NCBI GenBank assembly: GCA_964199315.1
Contig: OZ116698.1
Location: 44,144,001 to 44,208,000, forward strand
Source: Orbicella franksi
Taxonomy: Eukaryota
Length of the DNA stretch: 64,000 bases
Direction: 5' to 3'
Below the pieces are notes generated by a model. That model was not told the origin of the DNA and searched no databases. It was given only the letters and a program-made list of their open reading frames with translations. Every line of letters starts with the position of its first letter. Position 1 is the stretch's first letter. Below, piece after piece: positions 49,601 to 64,000 of the stretch. The translations under genes and the position numbers were made by a program.

Positions 49601-52600
49601 ATAATCTTCTCTCGCATTTGCTTAATAATAGCTTTTATCCTTTAATCTATTTGCATTTGACGAAGTCGCTTTTTCTGGTCGATATATTCACTTGCTTCGC
49701 AACGTGCGATTGGAGGACTTGAAAGGCAAAGACAAGTCTTAATGCTATGATCTATTCAATGGTCAAAATGGCTTGAGACTCACAAAAGTGCAAATTAATT
49801 TCCAATTTCAGCATTGAAGGGTTTCTTGTTTCTTTGTCGATGTTGCTCTGGGATCAATATCGCTCCCCTTGCAAGATTGTATTCACTTTTCAAAAGTGGT
49901 AGACTAACTGAGAGAACTGACTTGGTTAGACATCGCTCTAATATAAGACAAACACAAAACGACAAACTCGCTTTGATTATTAAAGGGATTAATTATCAGA
50001 AAAAACGAATAGAAAGATGTACATCTGATTTCTAAAGTTCTCTAACTTTCGTTAAACCAAGACGAAACAGACAGAACTTATGCTTTCAGCCGAGTGACAC
50101 ACAATGCAACTGAATACGTACGAATGGTAAACCTGGGAAACAAGCCAAAAATTATTTTAGAAGACATCTTTTCCTACAAGTCCAACCCTACTTACACGCT
50201 CTACACTTAATATTATTTTGTTTGTGTCATATTCAATTTATAAACACGACAGCCTTTCACCAAACACATGCAAATTAGCGGAAGGTGTTTTGACACAAAA
50301 GAAAGATGTCACACCGCTACAGCTGATAAACGCAATTCGCAGTTTACCCGTGAAGGTAAACACATACAAGAGAAGGTCCCTTTACGGCTTCAACGCTCGA
50401 GTATACTTACTGTTTGGTTACATTTTCGATGGCCCGCTGAAGATATTTCCAGTAGAATTCTTTCCGAGAACACTGTCAGTTACGGGTAAGAAGCGACGAA
50501 ACGAAGTCGTGTTCGCTCAGCTGTCAACTGCCTTACGCGAAAATCAGAAATTAACTTTGCGAACCTGTATAATTTTGTGAAAGTCCGAGAGAATACTGTT
50601 CGTTGAAAAATCTTCACGCCTGGAGTGTAAGGTGATCAAAGCGTCATCTCAGAGATATTCATTTCAATATCGCTGTGAGTTAGAGATAAGTGGTTTTGTC
50701 TTTAGAAGTTTCTTGAAAAGAATAAAATTATATTCTCGTTTGAGATCGGGTTCATTTCGCCACCAGTTTTTCGCTCCGCCTATAAGGTGTGATTCTCCGT
50801 TTAAATATATGTAAGAGGAAAACGAGTGAAACGGTCAGGCTACGTCGCTTAAAAACCACCTGTTAATTGGAAAGGAAAAGAGAGGCCAAATTTCAACTAT
50901 GAAACTTAATGCGCGTGAATACACCAAACAAACCAAATCGCTTAGTAAACTGTTTGATATTCTGTCACCTAGTGGTGTTCATGTGAGAAATCCTGTGAAA
51001 TCCGATTGTGTTAAAGAACATCAAAATTGTGACCAGCCCCTGAGGGCAACCTTAAATCTTTTGGGACTGCTATTGTACAACGTAGAACTGACAAGCAACG
51101 GGTTTTGCATGTGATGAAAATATTGTGTTACGGGCACAATAAGTTTTACACGTTGTTCAATGGCGCTTCGCTTGGAAAAACGCCAATCTTGCCACAAGTT
51201 CACACTGTTTTTGACGCGAAAATATGTTGTGAATAGAGCTCCAGACACTGGCGATGGTTAAAGACTGATGTTTAGCTCAGAATTTAATAAATAAACACCG
51301 CATGTGGTACAAGGCTTTAAATGTGCAAGGGATTAGATGGAATGTTTAACCAAAAGGGAACCTATGGGTTGAAAACGCTTTTACTATATCGTGGCAAAAG
51401 CGAAATTGAATTCCACGGAAAAAATTTATGCCCGAAGATTGAAAGGAAAATTTCGCTTCAAGGAACAGGTAGCATTCAAAAGAAGCTCTGTTCTTCAATA
51501 GAATTAATAAAAATTAGGAATAAAAGTCGTCTTGTATCAACAAAAAGAGTAAGTTCCCTTAAACGAAAATGTGACTCGTTGAAATGCATCCATGTCGTGA
51601 ACTTGACAAATATTTTAATATTTGCGGCGCACTTAGTGGCTCAATAACCTTGAAATGTAATTTTTCACCTTAAAGGACTGGCCGACCTAAATTGGATGAA
51701 TTATTCATGTCGTCTGAAAGCAAACGGGAAAAACGCTTTCCCTTTATCTTTTACATGACGGAAAGGTTGCTTTGTTCTACACGAAAGCTGGTGTATATCT
51801 TGGGTAGATATGAAATGGTATTACTGCTTGATGGTAGTAAACGGAGAAAAAGTTTGCTACCAAAACCCGCAATTCCTCAGTGTTCACTTGTTTAAAATAT
51901 TTCGAGATTATAGAGAACATCTGTCTAGGAGAGACAGTGTTGCTTCAAGTGCTAAAAGCAACCACGCATTAAAGTGTAATTCGAGGCTGGTCTCCTTGTA
52001 TTTCTGGCCGGGTATCTTTACAAATGTAGTTCCCTCGTTTGTAGTGCTATAGGGCCCTTCAGGAGAAACAAGACCTCACTACTCAGCGAGACAACTGAAC
52101 AGTAAGCTAAAGGTACGTGTTTGTGATGTATAAGCAAAATTGAAAAGAGGGGTAAAGATCAATGTGTTCAGTGGTAAAAAGAGATGGCTGGATTGAACCG
52201 CTTGAGCTTGCCGCGGCTAAAAGTTTGAAGCACGCCAAAGAAAACTTGGCGACGGAATCGATTCGTAGCTTTCTTGAAGGCGATTTGTGTTCAAATTTGT
52301 CATCCTGTCAGATAATTGACGATAAAAGCTATCAAGTTTTATATCACAGAGTTGAATTTTCCAGTCTAACATAGCAACCGGTGTAGCACCAAGTAAAAAC
52401 AGGCGAGCAGGGGAGGGAGTGACAGGATTGTAACTCGTGAATTCACAAATAACCCCTATCGTTCACATTGAGTAATTTGTGACGCTGCTAAATGTTCACA
52501 TACAACGAGATTTTAACAACTTTTTTTTTTTTTTTTTCAATTTTGGATTGTTTTATAATAGAGAAATATTCTATTTCATTGCTTCAACTTGATTTGAATA

Positions 52601-55600
52601 AGGGTGAAAGGTATATTGTAAACGCAAACCAAACAACACGACGAATTTGAAATACCTCTTGCAATTATGAAGACATTGTTAAATATAAGGCTGTCATGAA
52701 GAATAAAGAGCAATTTCTATGCTTTTCAATTCCTAAGTTTGCTTCACTCACCAAAATCTATTTATACAAGTAAACGACACAAGCAAACAAATTCCGCCTC
52801 CTATAATGGAAGCGCTGAATATGTCTGAATTTTTAATTGAAGAGCTGTTCCAATTTAAAACGTAGTAACGACATATTGAAAATAAAGTTCAATTCTGCGA
52901 CAAACTGATCCCAGAGCGCCTGTTAACATGCACGCACAATCTACCGTAACTGAATTTTTTTATACATGTATGTGTTAAGACATAATGAGATACGAACTCG
53001 ACATATGTAGGGACAAAGCGTTTATTATTGGTAAATCAGTTTCACACGTGAGACAATTGAGGAATTTCCTGATAATTTCGAACTCTTTTTTGCTTCTATT
53101 TGCATCAAAGCAAAGAGAATATAATGAATTCATTAACTGAATTTTATCTTAGCAGCTGAGTCAATGGAATCGGCAATCAGTCAGTCAGTTAGTCGACACA
53201 AACATTGGGAAAACAAGGTGGCCACCCGAAAAATCTATTTTAGATGATCATAGCCACCTGAAATGTCGGGGCTGAATCTTCAAAATGAAGTAAAAAAGTA
53301 TGATTTTAAGAGTTATCCAGTTTAGAGTTGAGAACTAAACACAGAGAATTATGGCTAAGTTAGTTCAGTTTTTCCACTGCACGTATAAATATGAAATATA
53401 AAAACATGTCCCATTTGATTGTTAAATTGTCGGACGATGAAACATCCAGAGTTCTAATGAAGACATATACCTAGGTCAAGTTTGAAAACATCATAAATCT
53501 TTTTGACAGTGCTTTTTATGTCAGTTCAGAAACATAACTGAGAATCATGTAAACGTTAAAAGCGTTAAGCATATTGAAGATATATTTACCCGAACAAGAC
53601 TTATCATGGCTTTTAGTTATAAACAACATTTACTTTGCTGTCTTACACAGCTACTTTCATACGAAATATTCAGCTAGATCAGAACGGCGTAAGAAAAAAT
53701 TAACAGCGGGATTTAACTCAAAATTCCGACAAACCTGAAGTCGGTAACAAGTATGTTTTCGAATATCAGACTGCATACGGGATACAAGGGATTTTACAAA
53801 CACCTCGCTTGTAGTCAAACTAATCTATTTTTTTCACGGTCAGTCCAGCTCTGTTTGTGGGCACCCTGATCTACTGAAACTCGGGCAAATATTTTGCAGG
53901 GATCATTGCTTTAGCAATTAAACTCAACGCGATTGTAAATGTCAATCTGTCCTCGTGGATGGAATAAAATACTCTCATGAACAATACAGAGCTGAAATGC
54001 ATACCCGGCTTCAGTGAAGTTTGTGTAGCTACTATGCTTCAAAATGATGCACAGTCGGCAAATTTAGTCTACGAAGGACAATAATTACAAGGAAAAGTTC
54101 AATCGAAGATATGAAATTTATCAGCGGTTATAAGCAAGATGTAAACGCGATTTTGTTTGCGCCCTATATTTGCATATCATCTAAAGCGGATGATCTAGAC
54201 CACTCTCTCTTGATATCATGCAGTCGCTGTTCTGTCTTTATACACAACTTATCTGAACTGACAAAGTGCTGATGATTTTAGGTAGCGACCAAACGAATAA
54301 AAATTTCTTTTGTTTACAAGATGAGTTAAGAATTTATTAGGGACAGCAATACAATAGTCACTTACCACAGTGTTATGTGTGAGCACCAAAGCATGTACAT
54401 AACACCAGACTGAAAGTATACGAATTGCAAGCTGAAAATTTACGACATGAAATACAACCATTTCAACTATGGTTTGAATTAAAAGTTCTACTATAGAGTC
54501 ACCAAAAAATAACAAGCCAAACAAACAAACAAACAGACAAATCGAGGCTATAAGCTATATGAAAGCCTCTATCCCTGGAAATCCTAAAGCTCAACAGAGT
54601 CGAAGAGCAACCTTTCAAGTAATGATAACTCAGCATGCTAAAACAAACACCACATTACAGAATTCCTACCGCCAAACCCCCAAACGTTAATAATATATTG
54701 TTCCAGAGCGAAGTTAAAGTGCATTTTAGAGTATTAAAGTACATCAAATAGAACTTTCCTCTGGCATTAAGAGGGTCAATGTCTTTTCCAAACTGAAAAT
54801 ATGTTGGTGAGCTGTAGAATAACTGCTGCCGTGTAGACGGGGAAAAGAAAAGAAGTTAGGTTTTCCAATAAAAACTCAAATATACATAGTGGCTTAGGGA
54901 TTAAGACAAATGTCAATTCACAATGAAGGAAGCTGAACGGTAAATCTAGGTGGAGAAATCGAGACACAGAAAATATCCTTTACATTTATCAACACAACCT
55001 TTACAGATGAGTGAAAATACGAAAACTGCGCGCTAAAGTAAACTATAAATTAAACTAAATTAAGACCTGCAGGCGAAAATTAAAACTCATTTCTTTTTTA
55101 AAAGTGCATTCTGGTCGATTTGAAAAGTTGTTATAGGACACTAGATAAACAGAAAACCTTCAGGACTAAGACACTGTCGTCAAAGGTTCGAGAAGTGTTT
55201 TTTCCTTGTTTAGCTTTCTGGTTAGGCAAGAACCATGGCAAAACCTTATGGAAAAAGTTTGGTGTTGGTTTACAGTACTTTTAGAATGTAAGAGAAATTA
55301 AGTGTCAGCCAAGTCAAAGGACGCCCTGTGCTTGCCCAGAATTTGAATAGAGCAGTTGTTAACAGCGATCGGTGTGAAGCGGGAGTATGCATACCGCGAG
55401 GAATAATTGCATCGCAAATAGAACTTCGTAGCAAAATCAGTTTTTCCTATAGAAACAAACAAAATGTCTCACCTTTAAGGGCAGACTTCAAAAACAAAAT
55501 TAGCCGGTGTAAGTTTTTGTAGGCGTCGATCTTTCTCACTTACAACAGGTGCTGCATAGACATGGACGTCATATTTGTCCGTCCTGCTAAAGCGAGCCAG

Positions 55601-58600
55601 TTGAGCTGCCCACGCGAAGGGAACACGTGGTTTTCCTAATAAGGCAAGCGTGCGACTATGCGGGGAGTTCCAATTTTGTATTGCCTTCTGAGTCACTCGA
55701 CTCCAGTATGGGTTTTGATAAGGGGTGAAGATGAAAGAAAAGAATTAAATGGCTTTGTTTACTCATAAAAAGAAAACACAGCCTTTCTTTTCCAAACATA
55801 TAGTCTTCTCTTCGATGACTTATAAAGTCACTTCGATGGAATCTCATTACCTGTATTTTTACATTGCAGCCCTTCATTGTTAAGTGGGCCGGCCCACAGC
55901 CACCGTAGTCTGAACTTCAACTCATTTCCCTTGGATACGATTGGATTCAAATCTCAAATCCTCTTTTGTTTTTCTTTTTTTGCCAAATACTTTGCAGACG
56001 ATTCTTCCACTTTCATACAATGCAATTGCATGAAGACATTATTTCTCAGAAAAAATCAATTTGTGAGAATAACTGCTAAGAGTGTTCCTTTATGATTTTC
56101 ATTGTTGTCAGTAGAGCCACATTTACATGAGTTGTATCCCTGGTTCATTTCACGCATTTTTTTTTCGTTGCAACCCAACGGAAATAGCTGCTGACGACGA
56201 TTTGTTTTGGTATCGGTTCCATGCTGAGATTCATAAAATCGAATCAAAGGAAACTCGCCAAATTTTTGTTTACAAGCCTGAGCACTGTATGAATTAATTA
56301 ATTTAATTGGCTGTGGCACCTCCGCCTCATAGAAATAGGATTATGCCTTTCGGAACTAGTTCAATCTAAAATCATTTGAAGGTTTCCTTCGGTATTGCGT
56401 GTCATCATTTTGCCGTTTAACTGTTTATTTCCAGAAGGTGATACCTGTCTGTGTCCTCATTTTCATCTCAGTGTATTATCGTACAGAAAAGTGACGAAAA
56501 TTAAGAAACCCATTCACTAGAAAATATGGTCTTGGTGCAATAACATAACTATTGGGTACTCATAGGAGGAACTAATATAATTTTGCTGCGCTAACTTGTG
56601 AGAGCAGACGGGTTCGGCATGTTTTTTCACACCACTGTCACTAGCGACAGAATGATAATACTACTAATAAAAGGTGAAGTGGACACAAGTCTTCGAAACA
56701 TTGCAGCTGAACAATTTGGGAACGCTGATATGCTCCCAAGACCTCACTAAATGTTCCTAGTATTTTCATGTAAAAAATATTCTTAGTAAAACCTGCTCGC
56801 CAAGCACAAGTGGCAAGACAGTCATTGTGATTCATTTTAGTACTGGACATTGCTAATTTGACAAGGTCAAAAGCTCGCACCAAATTGCATAGGCTAACCT
56901 ATAGGCGTAGCACCCAAAATGTAAGGATGGTAAAGGCAGAAATCACGACCGAGATTCCTTCTGTCCTCAAGAGGAGAGGAAAGGAAAGCTTTTGACCCGA
57001 GTGTGCAACTGAGCAAAGCGTATCACATCATGATATTAAAAACTCAGTGAAGAACTGTCAATGATGAACCAACCAGAGTTCTGCCTTTAATGAACTCGTG
57101 ACAAACAGTTGTGCAGAGAATTTTACTTTGACACTCATAAATATTCTTATCTTCTTATCAAAACAGACTCCTCTTATCTACCACGAGCGATTTTTATTGG
57201 GATTTTTGGGTCAAATAATAAGCAGTCACATTATAAGTGCTGTCGTTAATTTTCCTCCTTCGCTACAGGTCTTGCAGCATTGCGATTTTTGAAATATTTC
57301 AAAATCGAGCTTGGGACAGAGGACAGAAATGAATGCAACATTCTTAGAGGAAAAAAAAACTCCTAATGAAAATTGTACAACATTGGAATGGATCACCCCT
57401 CATAACTGTATTCAAGCCGGTTTGCTTTGGAAATCTTTCTATTGTTCTCGTCGCATTATTCCTAACAATCGCAGCAAAACAGTCTTTTGGGAGACATCGC
57501 ATTGGGCCGGTTTTTTGTATATTCCACTGAGTGTTTTTCCCTTTTGAGTTTATAATCTTGATTGCCATTCTGGAAAACATTACGAAATGAGCTGGAAGCT
57601 TAGTAAGTCGATGCACCAACTTCCATGATTCAAACTGGCTGAAATTCATCAAGACAGTTATGAGTTTAAACTATAAAAATTCCCTTCTTTAACCGAAGAT
57701 ATTCCATCACGCAGCTTTGGTATAAAGTGTACATTAAAATTTCGTTTGTAAAGTACCACTTGTAACTAAAGCTAACTAAGTTGTATTACTTACTTTACGC
57801 CTAATGTTCTTTCAGCTTATCGGCGGAGACGTCGCTTTGCAGCAGAAGTTCCAGTAACAGACCTTGATGACTGGGAGGGTGAGATAAATGGCTTATTGAC
57901 TGCAGTTAATCGGACGAGTGTAAGAAAAATGCCTAAGTGACTGTTCAGATAGCAAAAGAGCCGTTAAATGGGCAGGTACACAACAAAGGACATCCGTTAA
58001 GGAAGTGGTTTGAGTGGCCACCAGCTACTCAACTTGGGGACTTTAAATGGGTTCGGAAGCCCACTGAAGGCGGAATGTCAAAGCTTAACGCGCATTGGTC
58101 AAACACGCGCTCATGACGTGCCAAAAAGCGGGACGTGAACTCAACAGTCAATAAGCAGGCAGGTTGAACGCCATTCCCAATTAAAACCACAGGAAGGGAA
58201 GTCACGAATTTTCAATACACTGGGCACAGCGTAAAACAGTTACTCCAGGAAAAGAAAAATGTCGTGTTTATTTTGAAATAAAATTGTTTGACTACCGAGG
58301 ACAAACACACGCCAGGCAATAGCACAGTTGTGTTCCGCAGATGCGGAGATTCAAACGCGCCGACTTTTAATGCTTTTTAGTGGGTAAATAACTTCAAAAA
58401 GCCGTGTAATAAGTGACAGCCACTTCTGGTTGGCGGGCCGTTAAATACCCTTTTAGAGGGAAATACCTTCTGTCGTATCTTAAGATACAGGACACAGCAT
58501 GTACACAAGTGGACAATTTCTTACCTATTTAATGTTCTTTTTCCCGATAAGAAACACACCTTAAACTATAGTGCGATAAAGAACGAAAAACAAGACTTGT

Positions 58601-61600
58601 ATTGTTTTTAATGAAGCGCAGAGAGAGAAAGCAGAAAGATAATTTAAATGAAATGATATTTAAAATGAAAATATTTTGGGTAGTGCGCGAAATGAGATAA
58701 ACTCGAAGAGGAAAATTCAAGAATAGACCGAAAGTGAAGATAACTGTGTTGCTGCTGATTCGAAAGGAAAAGAGCAGAGAACATTATGCGGAGCTATTCC
58801 CTTTGTATGCGTAAACATAGTAACCTTTATCTCCAAAAACTAGAAACAAAAACGAATTCTTCAGGTTTTGAACAACTCATTCGCATTGCCACTCGCTAGG
58901 AGTACGAACGGGATATTAAATTTCTTTTAAGCTCGGCGCAGGTGCGTGCCAATCTCTTAGGGGTGCGCATTCCAGAAAAACGCAATCAGCCTTAACTATA
59001 GCGCAGCAAGAGATTTCTAAACTGTCGGTTTTTCGGCATGACCGCTTCAGCAACACAGCGGGGTAAAATTATTACCTGTAGCGAGCGCAAAGAAAGTTCT
59101 GAAGGAGTTTGATTTTATGCTTACAATAAAAGTTCATTACGTTCAAGTCACATTAAGAACGATAAAACAGTCGATGCCAAAGAGCACTTTTATGTCTCCA
59201 GATGTTTACTTTTAGCGACGAAGATTCATAATAAAAAGAGCAGGTACTTTAGCTCTTCAGACAGGTCTTTACAAAATACAGAGAACAGGAACTAAAAGTA
59301 GTGTCAGCTCATTCTCTCAAAGAGGTTTTCTTTTTTTTTTTCTTTTCTCGTCCTTTCGCCGTGTGCCTTCTGAGAGTTTGTTTCTTCACATAGCGAAAAC
59401 TTGGTAAAAGATTTGAAAACTCGAAAGATTTGCGACAACAGCGCGGCTATTGACACGCAGTTTATTATGCTCAGTGTACATGCTGAGAGTTCATGCATGA
59501 AAAACACTACAATTATTTTTTACAAACTTGGTGCTGAATAAAATGTCAGCATGTAGAGCTATATACGTAAGACAAGGCATTGTAAGGAGCTACCACAGAA
59601 AACATGATATTCGGCAAAATGTTCAACGCGCTTTGAAAACATTAAATTCAGCTATGCCGTGGATTAAACTGTTAGTTACTATACAACAGCAACTGTTACA
59701 TATAGAAACATGCGTAAAAATCTTAAAAAGACAATATATAAAATGTTCAACATGCGCTTCTCAGTAATTAACTGGGCAAGTTAAGTCGACGGACTGGAGC
59801 AGTGAAGTAAACTGAAGAAACTATATTTGGTGTTTTTTCCTCTTATCTTATTGTTCGTGTAAGAACAATTCTAAATTCTACAAGTTGAGAGAAGACTTTG
59901 GAAAATCTAAATTCATTTGATATATTAATACATGCAAACAAAGAAAGTACAAGGTCTCGATTTGTAAGTGAGATTTTTTAGTCATCAAGGCATAAACTGA
60001 ATTTCACTAGTGTAGCGAAGATATCGTGTTAAAGACAAGCCTGTCAAAAGAGTTTTACTTACTCTGAACGCTGTTGAAGATCAAAGTGTGAATTTTGTAG
60101 TAAACGAGAAAGAACTAGCGACAAATAGCGAATCTTGTGTTTACATAAAGTACGGGTGACATTCATTGTGTACAAAATTTTGCTAACTTTGGAAATTTCC
60201 GTGAGTTTTTTGTCGATTTGTGTTTAACAATGCTCATGTGGATACGATACACACTATAAAATAAAAGAAAAAAATAGCAAAAACAAAGAAAACGGAAATC
60301 TTGAAAAAAAACGACTTGCATTGCGGCGACTCATTCCTCGCGAAACAGGCGGAGATGGTAAACACCACGTGCGTTTAGAAGTCTTGTGAATGAAATTTCA
60401 TGTTCATCTACTGAAAATGAAACAAATGAAATCACAAATGAATCTTTAGCTTGCAGCTTTCCGCGCGCATGCAGACAAACGGACCCCGCTCCGCGCTCCA
60501 CTGCTGTGAATTCACCTTTAGTTAATGTGTTGTGCTATTAGGGCCATTTCCTAACTTTGTTGCAAAAGCTGTTAAGGCGGGACAAAGCAACAGATACACT
60601 TACCGCTGGGCTGATAAATATTTTAGCTTTCAAACGTGGTGTAGTTAAAAAAGGCAAAGCGACGAAGGTCATGACTTCACAATAGCGGCTTTCAGTTGAC
60701 TCATATTTGCTTATTGAGCGGCGAAGTTACTTAACAGGAAGAAAGTCTCTGTAGTGTATGATATTCTTTAGGACACTCCTTGAAGAGAAAAACGCAAAAT
60801 TCAGAAATAGAGCCTAAATGACAAGATGATGCATTTTTTTATGACAAACAGATCTTTTGTGTTAGCTTAGAAACTAGGCAAATGTAATGATGACTGATTT
60901 TGTTATGCTGCTGATACAGAAGTACTGTGACTCTATTTGGCCATGGAAAATGAAAATAATAACAGTTTCATTTAAAGGTCTGATATGTTAGATTTCCCCT
61001 TCAATAAGGCAATAATAAGATTTCTCATAAGAAGTTTTTTAAAAGATGTAGTTTGAGCTCAACACCAATCATATGAACTTTTATATTCACAAGGGAGATC
61101 TTGTGTTATTAAACATAGATGTGAATTATAGTCCCGAGATTTCGTGATTTAATATGTTTTTCATAGTATTGAATGGACTTAAAAACTTAAAAACCAATCA
61201 ATAAAACAGTTAAAAGCAAACGAAGCATTGGCAACTGAAGCCTTAATCTAACCTTTATTTTTATCTGAGGGGAAACGGCAAATATGCTAAAATGAGGAAG
61301 TTAAAAATTGAATTTCCATCTGCAAAGCAAACAAATGTACCAAAAATCTTTATTGCACATCTACCATGTACATGGTATTTCTTTTACTAGAAAATTATCC
61401 GTTCAAAGGTTTGGAAGTTGTTCACAGAAATTCTGTACCTTCCCTGGATTTATTCTGTCTTGTAATAATGAAGCCACAACGGAAAACGGTGGTCTTAGAA
61501 ATACAGTTTACTATTTCGGATTTAGGGCTTGCGGGTTAGGATGGCCATGTACCGAATGCTAAGCTTTTAGGTAACGTAGTTCACTTGCAGCAAAATGAGG

Positions 61601-64000
61601 CTACGACTCCCAACAGGACTGCTTAATTATGAAGTGAAAAAAAAAAATTGCTTCATTTTTGATAATTCCATCGGGATAAAACCGAAAAGAGAAACAAAGC
61701 AATCAACATGACAATTTTCTTAGACTGAAACATGACGGCCGAGAACTTGATTGCAAGAAATGAAAATGTCGTTGGCCACGAATACTCTTCATAAAGACCT
61801 CATTCCGCGCGGCCTAAAAATAGCTATCTTCGAATAAAATGAAAATAACGAGCATTTAAAGCAAAAAGGACAACAAAGGTAGACAACACAATACCAGTAT
61901 TAAAGAGAGAGAGTTTTGATTACACTGTTTTAGTCCGTAAAGCCCTAGGCAATACGCTCTAAAACATCAGAATAGCTCTTACAATAAGCAAGGTAATGGG
62001 GAAATAACGAAGATCGAAGTTTATAACGAAGAAAAGTTGGGAGAAAATGGTCATGACGAGTTTCTATTTCGTTAGGAAAACATTAGGAGTTTGGTACTTA
62101 CCTGTGAAAAAAAAATCGCTCTTTGGATGGTGGAGGAATTCTGTATTTCAATATAAATGCCTCGGTTTTGGGAGGTTTGCGTGATCTTTGTCGCAGCTTC
62201 AAATTTGAAAACCGTCTGTAGAAAACCACTGCTTGATTGGCTGGCAACTTCGGAAAATTAGGGCGTTTTAGGAAAAATACTCGCCTTTTTTAGCTGAAAT
62301 GGTTGGAAGTTTGCTGGACTCCTCTGCTTGCTCCCTGCCTCGCAGTGTTCAGCTATTGAAGTTGTTCAACAAAGAGTATAATATATTCCTGTCTAAAAAT
62401 TGCCTATTTGTCTCTGTGCTAGAGAAGGGAGTAGGCACAATTCTTACGCGAGAGGCAGGTATCGCGGCGGTGGCACCAGTCAAACACAAAGGGAATTCAA
62501 CCATTGAAACAACTGGCATTGAAAAGAAATAATTTTCCACGTAAACATTGACTTAGGTGCAGTGAAAAAGCCTTTTGAAAGAGGAAAATCTGTAAACGAC
62601 TGTGTTTAACCATATGCCATCTACAGAAGAGTCACTGAACAGAAGCCATTCGAAAGCTCATCAAAAGAACGCGTTCATGAAAGAATTTAGATGAAACGCA
62701 ACATTCATCCAGCCACTGAACGTATCCCCTGAAAAAACCCTAGATTAAACGCTTGAAAGTATGAAACTAACGAAGGATTGTCGCCTGTTAAAGCTGCTAA
62801 GGACTGCGTAACACTTCTTGGCACAATCAGAGAACTGAAACAAAATCACTCCAGGACACAAAAGAAGTCTTGGATTTTCACAACTGAATAAATCTATCTA
62901 AAGATTCGAGGTATTTGAAAGACAGTGTTACGAGATAATTTCGCTTCAATGTCACTTAAGTACTGTTCTTTAGTGCTTAACTTTATTTCACATTGACGCG
63001 TAAATTGAGAGTGAGCGAATTAGAAAAGAGCAGAAGTTATTGATACGAGCGCGAGGCAAAGCAAATAAGGTGGCTTATTTACAGGTAATGCACTCTTTAT
63101 ATTGAAATAATTTCGCAGGGAAAATTCTCAGATGGTGTTTTCCTTTAGAATTGAATTGCGGGTCAAAACAAACTAAAGGCTGAAAGTGGAAGTGTAGTTT
63201 AAAATTGAGTTTTGTATGTACAAGTTACGAAAGAGTAATTATATACCTGTAAAGGAAAGAAAACACAAGGACGTTTTACCTGTATTGTTGCCTTAGGGAA
63301 GCATCAAAAGATATAAACAACAGTGAAGCTAATAATCTCACGTACTGATGTAAAGAATTATCTGTCGCCTTCAGATAAAGCATTTGCTAGGTCTCTCAAG
63401 AAAACATCGTGTTGGAAACTGAAAGGGAAATGTTAAAGATCAACATTTGCTTTAAATATGTATGGGTCATTACGTCGTTTGCCTTGAATGAGAGCGCAAA
63501 ACACTTGTGTAGTATGAAAAAGAGAGACAATTTCTCACCTGAAAGGAGCGAAATGAATAACGTGTAAAACTGAATAATGGCTCTGTTTTACTTTCCTTGT
63601 CACCAAGGACGGTATGTGCAGGACTTCTTTCGACACATTCGTAAAGAGGCAAGAAACATTCCTCTTTGCTAAATGTTGGATTTGTGAACCTCTATTTGAT
63701 TCAAGTAATTTTAGCTCTGAAAATTCAGCAGTAAGAAAAGATATCACAAGCAGTACAACGAATAAAGAATTCAATGTTTTAACAACCAGTTTTTGAATGA
63801 GAATAGCCTTGCGAAAATGACTTTGAAAGGCACAATAGTTCATTTAATGAAATATATAATGTAAGGAAAGTTAAGTTACACAACTTTTCCGGTGTAGAAT
63901 TAGGTAAAGAATCGTACGAGGAAACTTAAAGTACTTTTGCTCTGAATTCCGTCTATCTGTATTCAAACTTTTTGCAAGTAATACAAATGAAAATCTCGGT

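Noticed and set aside
62094-62110. U1 snRNA gene (TACTTACCTG matches the U1 5' end)
   Set aside because: The match stops after 10 nt with no U1 body; it is simply the complement of a splice donor.
35297-63843. The many 60-120 aa ORFs in the upstream region
   Set aside because: No recognisable domains, mostly non-ATG starts and no consistent exon chain; expected by chance in AT-rich DNA.
35000-64000. Enrichment of POU octamers (ATGCAAAT) upstream of Islet
   Set aside because: About 8 seen by eye here, but about 6 also occur in the left 35 kb, so there is no clear regional enrichment.

Overview
Eukaryotic, AT-rich genomic DNA. The dispersed MITE/SINE families and gene content point to a cnidarian, probably a stony coral (inference). 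Main content: (1) a complete six-exon Islet LIM-homeobox gene on the minus strand (28984-34337, 350 aa), rebuilt from splice sites, with vertebrate-like exon architecture. (2) The 5' end of SCAPER on the minus strand (exons 4936-5079 and 2628-2754; the gene runs off the left edge). This is the ancient Islet-Scaper microsyntenic pair, but arranged head-to-tail rather than convergently as in human ISL2/SCAPER. (3) A TE-rich interval between them (about 5.5-22.3 kb). It holds a previously unannotated, lesioned alpha-kinase (four exons, 11785-12970), a three-copy tandem family of orphan coiled-coil genes (14165-16906), a possible pseudo-exon (18429-18694), about a dozen MITE/SINE insertions, and a 30-bp minisatellite of about 60 copies with a MITE inserted at its edge. 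(4) A gene-free, nearly TE-free stretch around and upstream of Islet (about 22.3-64 kb), probably its regulatory landscape. No rRNA, tRNA gene or CRISPR array is supported. All alignments and counts were done by eye; human gene details are recalled and should be verified.
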